From positions 1,376,001 to 1,440,000 of the forward strand of contig CBDFIJ010000004.1 in NCBI GenBank assembly GCA_965248055.1: a stretch of 64,000 nucleotides of DNA, read 5' to 3'. The position numbers were made by a program, and so were the translations under genes. Position 1 is the first letter of the stretch, and each line of letters starts with the position of its first letter. This DNA is from Candidatus Multivoradales bacterium. Its GTDB lineage: Bacteria; Acidobacteriota; Thermoanaerobaculia; Multivoradales; JAHEKO01. The notes beneath the pieces were generated by a model that was not told the DNA's origin, did no database searches, and saw only the letters and a list, made by a program, of their open reading frames with translations. Positions 20,761-28,800 of this stretch are shown in pieces.

Positions 20761-21294
20761 CTATTTCTTCTGCATTCTACGAATTCCAGCAATCAGCGAC
20801 GTGAGGCGCGGAAACCGAACGCGATAGTACGCTCTTTCAAATTCATCGCGGTATTTCTCGGCATCTGCCTCAGAACCTCCCCCGGCACGACCGTTCAGTA
20901 GTGCCACGTGGTGGCCAATCTCGTGAAATAGCGTATCTCGAATCATTAGCGGGCGGAGTACTTTGGTCCAATAGAGCAATCGAGGATATGAGGCGAACAG
21001 ATTGTCTACAAGTATTTCAATGTGAGCGAGTTTGTGGTGTCGCGGAGCAAAATACGATCCAAGAGTGTTTTCTCGCAGATGCGTCCGTCCATGCACACGG
21101 TAAGGGGCCCGCTCCTTTCTTGATAGGGATGCCACATCTCGCAAAATGACACTCCCAAGACCCCGTGTGTACTTTTCCGGCAGCGTCACAAGCGTGCGCT
21201 CAACGACTTTCTCGACACCTCCAAAAGGGCTGGTTAGAGGGTGCCACAAGACTTTCAGGAGACGGCCTTTCTTCGACATGGAGTCCACAGCCAC
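20761..21294 (-). CDS. HExxH zincin-like protein in the immunity position
   Basis: LGSY..IEILV..RDTLFHEIGHH..EADAEKY; 12 nt downstream of a toxin tip stop. Confidence 0.65.
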   Translation of the reverse strand: MAVDSMSKKGRLLKVLWHPLTSPFGGVEKVVERTLVTLPEKYTRGLGSVILRDVASLSRKERAPYRVHGRTHLRENTLGSYFAPRHHKLAHIEILVDNLFASYPRLLYWTKVLRPLMIRDTLFHEIGHHVALLNGRAGGGSEADAEKYRDEFERAYYRVRFPRLTSLIAGIRRMQKK

Positions 21295-21306
21295 AAGGAT
21301 TCAGCT

Positions 21307-21785
21307 CTAGGGGTCACCATCAAACGCCTTCCCGATCCCATTCCAGATTATCATCTTAGCCTTCCCCCAGCGCGAAGTCGGCGATAGGAGTTCGTCCGCG
21401 TCAGGAGCAACGCCTTTTGCGTATTTTAGTCCCCTCCCCGCCTTTCCGCTCATCTTCACGAGGTACTTCGCTCTAGCAATCTTCGCAGCTGAACGTACCT
21501 TCCCTCCGGGTAGAACGAAGGTTGCCAGCTCGCCCAGTCCCTCGGCTATTTCAGTCTGTCCATCAAAGTGGTTAATTCCGCTAGAGGCGCCGCAGCCCAA
21601 TATGTTGTCGCCAAGACAGACGCCGCCAGAAGCATTCGTCCTTACCCTTGTAGTTATAACAGTGAGTTCTTCGTTCACTGAGAATGACCCAGCGTCAAAT
21701 TTCACTCCCGAGGATTCAGCAGAATCCACCCAAGCCCAATATGCTTTGACTTCTTCAGGGCTTGCCCCCGCAAGAAACTCAGCGC
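21307..21785 (-). pseudogene. 5'-truncated Rhs toxin tip
   Basis: NEELTVIT motif and basic C-terminus; cut by the RAYT left end at 21786. Confidence 0.6.
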
Positions 21786-22937
21786 TCCCCTAAGTGCCAG
21801 CTGATTATTTGCAAGGTTGGGAACCTACGTTGCGTCTCTATCCCCATGAGCCGCCGACTTCGATTCATCCCAGCCGGTGGGGCGCTGGTAGAAATCACCT
21901 GCCGTACCTTTCAAGGGCGTTACCTCCTCAAGCCGTCTCCCGCTGTCAATCGGTGCATCCTGGGGATTCTCGGGCGGGCTCAGAGACTCTACCCCACCGA
22001 GGTCCATGCCTTTGTATTCATGTCGAATCACTACCATCTCTTGGTCTCAGTACCCGACGCTCAGCGCATGGCGCAATTCGTCGGCTACCTCAACAGCAAT
22101 CTGGGACGCGAGTTGGGCAGAATGCATGGATGGAACGGGAAGTTTTGGGATCGCCGTTATCAGGCCATCGTAGTCAGCGAAGAGGAAGCGGCTCAAGTGG
22201 CTCGACTTAAATACCTGTTGAGCCAAGGAGTCAAAGAGGGCTTAGTTAGACGTCCCACTGACTGGCCAGGTCTCCATGCTGCCAAGTTACTCCTGGCAAG
22301 AAATAGCACGATCACAGGCCGCTGGCGCGACCGAACACGCGAGTACCACGCCAGAGGAGCAGGCAATACGCAGGTATTTATGTGTATCGAACGACTCCAC
22401 CTAACGCCCCTTCCATGTTGGCGTGATCAAACTACGCTTTGGATGCGACAACGAGTTCAAGAACTCGTCGACCTAGTCTGTGAAGAGAATTCCGGCCAAA
22501 TCGTTGGAGATCCGCCCAATCCCAAACCCACCAAGCGTCCTGCCAGAATCAAGAGATCCCCAGTTCCACTTTTTCACTGTGCCACCAAGGCAGCTCGCAA
22601 CGCCCTCTACGAAGCCTACTCCTGGTTTGTTGCCGCCTACAGGAATGCTTGTGAGCGACTCAAAGCTGGGCACGAAAACGCCGCCTTCCCTCCGGGATCG
22701 TTTCCACCGCCCAGACCATTCGTTCCTGTTTAGTTGATTCCGTTCCGTTTGGGTTTTATCGGCGCTTAGGGATTGGTATATCCAGTCCGAGTTTCTCCCC
22801 GTCCAAGAGCTAAACCGCTGAGTGAAAGTTCCGTTTCGGCGTGAATGAGATCACGAACTTGACGTGTTCAAGATAGCCGTGATCAGCCCAATCAAAGAAT
22901 CCTAGATTCTCTCAATAATCGCCTGGAACCTCAGTCC
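21786..22937 (+). mobile_element. Complete RAYT-like module, copy 2
   Basis: Left end ctcccctaagtgccagctgattatt and right end aataatcgcctggaacctcagtc form an imperfect inverted pair. Confidence 0.85.
21846..22733 (+). CDS. RAYT-like HUH/Y1 transposase, copy 2
   Basis: 295 aa, a few substitutions relative to 4487-5374. Confidence 0.88.
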   Translation: MSRRLRFIPAGGALVEITCRTFQGRYLLKPSPAVNRCILGILGRAQRLYPTEVHAFVFMSNHYHLLVSVPDAQRMAQFVGYLNSNLGRELGRMHGWNGKFWDRRYQAIVVSEEEAAQVARLKYLLSQGVKEGLVRRPTDWPGLHAAKLLLARNSTITGRWRDRTREYHARGAGNTQVFMCIERLHLTPLPCWRDQTTLWMRQRVQELVDLVCEENSGQIVGDPPNPKPTKRPARIKRSPVPLFHCATKAARNALYEAYSWFVAAYRNACERLKAGHENAAFPPGSFPPPRPFVPV

Positions 22938-23019
22938 AGCTGCCCGAGCAGACCTCTTAATAATCGCCTGGGACCTCAGTCAGTACCCCTTGACACCACG
23001 CCGCCTAATAAGTGGCACC

Positions 23020-23361
23020 TCAGTCAGCAGCACACAAGACGAAGGGCACTCCGGCGAGTACACAAACTACAAGGCCAATACCTGCAACACGACGCACCAA
23101 GCTACCGATCCGAACAAGTCTCGCCCCTAGAGCGTCGTCTTCTGCCCACATTGTATTTGCCGCACCGTCGATGAAATACGCAAATGGAACGAAAGTTCCA
23201 AACAACCATTTTGGGAAATCGCGTTTCTTCTTATATCTGAATAAGAGAACATACACTGCAGCCAACCAAACGGTTATCACAAACAAGAACTGCGTCATCA
23301 TTCCGGCAACGAAGAACACTTGGACTATCCTACATACCATTTCAGTCTCCCTCAGATGCAA
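23020..23361 (-). CDS. Membrane protein, immunity candidate; stop supplied by a site tail
   Basis: Three hydrophobic segments; the TGA is the tca of the tcagtcag tail at 23020. Confidence 0.6.
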   Translation of the reverse strand: MHLRETEMVCRIVQVFFVAGMMTQFLFVITVWLAAVYVLLFRYKKKRDFPKWLFGTFVPFAYFIDGAANTMWAEDDALGARLVRIGSLVRRVAGIGLVVCVLAGVPFVLCAAD

Positions 23362-23364
23362 TAT

Positions 23365-23742
23365 TTACTCACTAGAGCACGGATCACCAATGGTCCCAGA
23401 AGTAGACTCTCCGCTTGCCCATGCCGCACCAGGCGGTCCACCGGTAATGGAGACGGACCAATTGCTTTGACCAGAATAGTTGTCTTTGCTTCTCGTAAAA
23501 CCGACAGGGCCAGCCATCCATAGAGAGGTTGTTTGACTCGATCCTAGCGGTGGGCCGTGGGTGTACTGGATTCCAGCCCCTACCGCAACCCCAATTCCGT
23601 TTCCTTCAGTGCTCCGTCCAGCTAGCCCGCGCGTGCCGGCAGAGCCCTCTAAAGCGGCCCCCTTCCAGAGTCCCCCCGCTGCTGCCGCTACGAATTCAAC
23701 GCTATTATTGCAGTAGATTTCGACAATCTCTTCGAGTACCGC
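23365..23742 (-). pseudogene. Gly-rich toxin tip truncated by IS256
   Basis: Gly/Ala/Ser-rich frame directly upstream of an immunity-like gene; 5' end replaced by the IS left end. Confidence 0.6.
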
Positions 23743-24270
23743 GAGATATAACCAAAAGTTGTGTATGAGAGTTTGAAGGCGGCGTATCCTGAGCCCGGTT
23801 TTCAAAGCTGGGTTCAATCATCCCAAAAGGAGGACACGCCGTTGAGCAAGAGTAACGTAGTTTCAATCGATCAAGTAGAGCGTCCTGAGGACGCTCTGAC
23901 CGAGGTCTTGCGCCGAGGTTCACGGTTGCTTCTTTGCGAAGCAATCGAGGCAGAGGTGGAGAGTTTTTTGGTTGAGTACCAAGATCAACGTACGGCGGTC
24001 GGTCACCGGCGGTTGGTGAGAAACGGCTACATGCCAGAGCGGGAGATCCAGACCGGAATCGGCGGCATTTCGGTCAAAGTGCCACGGGTGCGGGATCGCC
24101 AGGGTGAGCTTCATTTTCGCTCCAATCTAGTGCCACCGTATCTGCGCCGGTCCAAGAGCATCGCGGATCTCTTGCCCTGGCTATACTTACGGGGGATTTC
24201 TACCGGGGACTTCTCACGAGCTCTGGAAGCTTTGGTGGGCCCTGAAGCGCCAGGTCTTTCGTCTTCGACG
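23743..24270 (+). mobile_element. Truncated IS256 (left end + 5' third of transposase)
   Basis: Nearly identical to the 5' part of copy 1; breaks at a RAYT-end segment at ~24271. Confidence 0.92.
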
Positions 24271-24721
24271 GCCCGAGCAGACCTCTTAATAATCGCCTGG
24301 GACCTCAGTCAGAGCGTCACTTCCAGATCTCTCAATAATCGCCTGGAACCTCAGTCACAGTCACCGCCGGGGGAAATCTATCCCTTGACATAACCCCGCC
24401 TAATAAGTGGCACCTCAATCCAATCAGCGGTTCCGGCACCACAATCACAGAAGTTCCATTTTCGGCGTAATCTCTGCCACCAACTAGGCACTCTGAAGCA
24501 CCTACGCCGACCCCAATGCGTGATCCTAGGCCTCCAAATAATCGCCTGGCACCATTATCTCCTCTATCTCCTCTAGCCCGAGCAGACCTCTTAATAATCG
24601 CCTGGGACCTCAGTCAGTAGTAGTCTCCGTAGATCCATCTGCATAGGTTATGGTCGTGGTTTCGTGAGTTGGTTGCACCTTTCCGGCCGAGGTATCGCCG
24701 CCAAATAATCGCCTGGCACCA

Positions 24722-24829
24722 CTATCTCATTTCGTCGATACATAAAGGGAAAATGTCCACCCCGGGATCACAGCCCGAAGCAGCCATCGCCAGAATCACT
24801 ATTGAACTCAAAGACATTTTTCGCAGCAT
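24722..24829 (-). pseudogene. Truncated lipoprotein immunity gene (not in the ORF track)
   Basis: Translates MLRKMSLSSIVILAMAASGCDPGVDIFPLCIDEMR*; lipobox ASGC; resembles the 5610-6101 N-terminus; stop comes from the site tail. Confidence 0.6.
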
Positions 24830-24859
24830 TGTCCTATGCTCCATTATCAAACCGGCTAC

Positions 24860-25030
24860 TTAGCCGTCTCCACATGGGTCACCGACGGCCTTGTCCGTCA
24901 TCTCCTCGACAGCATAGGCCTCCTGCTCCTGATGGATAGCAGCATAGGCTTGGTCGCCGGTCATTCCGGCGGCAACACCATCGAGCCAATGGTCGCCATA
25001 GTCCGACAAGAACGAGACAAGGCCCCCGAA
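24860..25030 (-). pseudogene. Last ~55 codons of another toxin tip
   Basis: PFGGLVSFLSDYGDHWLDG..GDPCGDG* between a RAYT remnant and a lipoprotein remnant. Confidence 0.5.
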
Positions 25031-25373
25031 CGGGATCGTTTCCACCGCCCAGACCATTCGTTCCTGTTTAGTTGACTCCGTTTCGTTTCGGGATTTTGTC
25101 GGCGCATAGGGATTGGTATATCCAGTCCGAGTTTCTCCCCGTCCAAGAGCTGAACCGCTGAGTGAAAGCTCCGTTTCGGCGTGAATATGATCGCAACTTA
25201 ACGTGTTCAATATATCCGTGATCAGCCTGATCAAGGAATTCTAGATTCTCTCAATAATCGCCTGGGACCTCAGTCACCTATTCCGGCCACCAACTGGGGA
25301 GCGCAGATGCCCCGACAACCGAGCCTCGGAGGTGCTTCCAGACCTCTCAATAATCGCCTGGGACCTCAGTCAG
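25031..25373 (+). mobile_element. RAYT 3' remnant with diverged type-B tail plus partial type-A tail
   Basis: Last 41 nt of the RAYT gene; head I sites at 25253 and 25349. Confidence 0.85.
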
Positions 25374-25438
25374 TCTAGATACTGAGTGGTCTGCGTGAGG
25401 TCGCCCATATTGGACTGCGTCGACAGCCAGCCGGGGCA

Positions 25439-25840
25439 CTACAAAGATTTGAGATAATCCGCGCACCACTTGAAACCAGATATTGTTTCAAACTCGACAC
25501 TAACCTCAGGATGCTTGAAGATTGGGACGTACGCCGCTTCTTTACCAATGACCGAAACAACCACCTTTCTCCCTTCCCAATGCAAGTCACAAACCGCGAC
25601 GTAGCCAGTACGCACGAGATCGATTCTCTTACCTCGTACTCCTGCTGGTATATTTTTAGCGGTTTCCCTAAAGTCCATGATTCCAACTACATACGGCTGA
25701 TCTTCGTCGCCCGCGGAGCGCACTCGCCGAATGATGAAAGCCGCATACTGCCCGTCCTGGCTGTCAATCGAGTAAACCGGGTATTCACACGAGCAGCTTG
25801 AACAAAGTAAGAGGCATCCTAGAACAATAGATTTCATCAT
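25439..25840 (-). CDS. Cognate immunity candidate of the main Rhs toxin (lipoprotein-like)
   Basis: MMKSIVLGCLLLCSSC signal; ATGA overlap with the Rhs stop at 25837. Confidence 0.7.
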   Translation of the reverse strand: MMKSIVLGCLLLCSSCSCEYPVYSIDSQDGQYAAFIIRRVRSAGDEDQPYVVGIMDFRETAKNIPAGVRGKRIDLVRTGYVAVCDLHWEGRKVVVSVIGKEAAYVPIFKHPEVSVEFETISGFKWCADYLKSL

Positions 25841-28800
25841 TGGATCCCCACACATCCACCCTTCACGTACTGCTGTCCGTTTTTGATTTGATCGTAGTCA
25901 ACTCGATTGTCGCCATATGGCGCTTCAAGTAAAGGTGTTCCCTCTTGATTGGGCTTTCCTTGAATAATCTGATCCATTCCCCCTATCTGCCCCGCTAGCC
26001 AGAGCGGTATCCCCAGTTCGCGTGTAGCTACTCCAAATGCAAAATTGCCCATAGCTGTCGCGGTAGAGTTTCCTAGACTGGGGTTGGATACTCTAAAGTT
26101 CCACTTGTTTCCTATGTCGTGCTGTGTCGGGGCCAAATTTTGAGCCGCGTTTAAGTAGGCAGCGACAGCCCCACCGGGGCCATTCTCAATATCGGAGCTG
26201 ATTTCGTTGGAGATCGCGTTCGCGCCTCCAACACTCATCCCCTCTGGCAATAGCGACTCACACCTCTTCTTGATCTTTTTCAGCATCCCAGCTGGAAGGC
26301 TCTTGCCCGATTTTTCAACTCCCCAACCTTCCTTACAAAGCGGATCGGTCAAGATGTCGCAACCGTTATCTATGCTCTGATTGAAGGTTGCATTATTGAG
26401 CGGCCGTCCAACGGTTATCGTTGAGGTGGTGTAACGTGGGGCAGTAACAATGACGTTCTCGACGTAAGTTGAATCGGTACAAAAGCCTTCTACATTCATC
26501 TGCCCGGCGGGGCACTCATCCAACCCATTGGGATCAAGCATCCGTATCGGATTCCCCAAACCATATTGATACCGATTCCAGCTTCCCCCTCTCCCTCCCA
26601 CATCCCCAAGCACTGAGTCCACCCCCATAAACCTCCCCAAATGCCCGGTATAAAACCTCGCATGCATGTAATCCATGCCCGTATCCGCATCCCTCTCATG
26701 GCCGGTAAACTTCATCACTCCATTGCCAGCCGCAGTGATCTCCTGCCCATAGGGTAGATATTCATGCTCGGAGACTTTGTTGCCCAGATCATCGGTCACC
26801 AGCCGGATACTCCCCAAATGGTCAGTATGGTAGTGCTGCTTGGTACCTGAGCCATCTTGCGTGCCGAGTAACCTCCTACCCATCCAGATGTAGTCCATCT
26901 CATGGGTCCAGTTGCCGGATTGGTCTTCACCGACCAGCTTAAAGGTAGATAACACCTGATTGCTGGGTCCGCGAATGGTGTAGTCGACTTCACGGGTGGC
27001 GATGCTCCCTTGCCAGTCGATGGTGGCAACGCGTTCCCCGGCAGAGTTGTAGATGAAGTACCAGCGACCATCTTGGCTGACCATGTTGTTGGCAGTGTCG
27101 TACTCATAACCGTCGCTGCCCCAAGTGGTCATGTTGCCGGAGGCATCATAGCCAGCCACCGAAAGGCGGTTGGTGTCTGGATTGACCGCGATGACGGTAT
27201 TGCTCCCAGTCTGGCCCGGTGGCTTGGTAAAGACGTTGGTCATATTGCCAAAGACATCGTAGGTGTAGTCCTGTTGCGTGGTGCCTCCCGTAGGATCTCG
27301 GACAAACGCTTGGGTCAAGCGGTTGATCTTGTCGTAGCGATAGAGGTCGGGAGCGATCTGGTTGGCCAATGGATCGGTAACGACAATGGTCACGATTTTA
27401 GTCTGTGCGTAGGTACTGTCACTCACGGTCAGGGTGACGTTGTAGTTTCCTGCCGAGGCGTAGGTATGCGAGGTACTCAAACCCGAGGCCCCGGTGCCGT
27501 CGCCGAAATCCCAGGTGGAGCTCAAAGCCTGACCGTTGGGGTCGCTTGAGCAGTTGCCGTCAAAAGTGATGTTCTGGCCTACTGTGGCCGAGGTCGACGA
27601 CGAGCTAAAGCACGCGCTGGGCGCTGCATTGGAGCCCGCGGCTGGGGCCTTGAACTCAACTTTCTTGATCACCACTGTCGTCGGATCGCCGTTGGTATGC
27701 CATTTGGTGAACTGTAGCCTCAAGTCGGCGTAATTGGTCAGGGCCGCTGCTACGGTGCTGGATAGGCTATAAGTATGGCGTCTCATCACCGTGTCCAGAG
27801 TGATAGTGGTCCAATTCAGCACTGTGTTATTCGGTGCCATGATGTAGAGACGCACACCTTTACTGGTGCCGTTTTCAACATTGCCGGTGAGGTACACCTT
27901 GTGGCCGCTGTGAACGCCGGGATCGGTCAACCCAGCCATGCGCACCCGGAAACTGTCGGTGACACCACTCGACTTTTGCGATTTGGTGACGTTGGTGTCG
28001 TCATCGGTCATCGACCACACCGGTGTAGGGGAAAAACCATCTAGTGACAAATCCGCCACCGGCAGGGCCAGTTGCGAAGTGAGGGTCAAAGATCCGGCAT
28101 TGGAGCCGATCGAGCCGCCGGCATTAGTCGCCACGCAGCGATAGGAGGCCACGTCCGAAGTAATGACTCCAGTGAGGGTCAGGGTCGAGGTGGAGGCTCC
28201 AGAAACACGACCACCATTGGCTAGGTCAGACCACAGGCTGGCGCTGTTCTTCTGCCACTGGTAGCTGATCGGAGCGCTGCCGGAGGCGGCACAGGAAAAG
28301 CTCGCGTTGGCGCCCGCCGCTAAGCTGGACGAAGCAGGATTCTGGCTAATCGCCGGCGGGGCGGTGCCGGGAGAAGAAACCGCATCGCCGATCTGGACAA
28401 TGTTTCCCGAGCCGTCATAGGAGTAGCTACCGGTGTTCCACAGGTTGCCGGGGTTTAAGGTGTAGAGGCGGTTGGTACGCCCATTGTTGTTGGCGTGCAC
28501 GTCGTGGAAGTCTGAGCTGCCGTTTAGATGAGGGATCTCTGACCAGGAGCCAGACGGATGATAGCTGAGATCTCCGGTCCAGTTCTTGACCCGAAGGATG
28601 CGGCCGTTGGACCAATCGGTGTCGACGACCTGACCGTCGGTTCCCAGGGAACTGCAGGATGCCTCCATACAGCGTGGATAGGTAAGCCCATCGTTGAGAC
28701 CCCAAGCGTTGGGATTCATGTTCAGCTGAAACCGCTGCCTCCCACCGGTGCGGGTGCTGTCGAGATTCGCAAAGACGTATGTCGACTTCACGCTCATCGC

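Larger units (their letters stand above)
5555..25365 (+). repeat. Dispersed co-oriented site family with TGG(C/G/A)ACC core (at least 24 copies)
   Basis: Head I aataatcgcctgg(g/c/a)acc at 5555, 10361, 12991, 19397, 19442, 19796, 20692, 22914, 22959, 24288, 24334, 24537, 24593, 24704, 25253, 25349. Head II ttgaca-N-gcctaataagtggcacc at 10561, 17266, 22990, 24385. Head III ttgacatacctccaacattcgggtggcacc at 8353, 9726, 12811, 18939. Confidence 0.92.

Noticed and set aside
5555-25365. CRISPR array or classical integron interpretation of the repeated sites
   Set aside because: Spacing is irregular (about 45 bp to kilobases), there are no cas genes or tyrosine integrase, and no RYYYAAC/GTTRRRY attC palindromes
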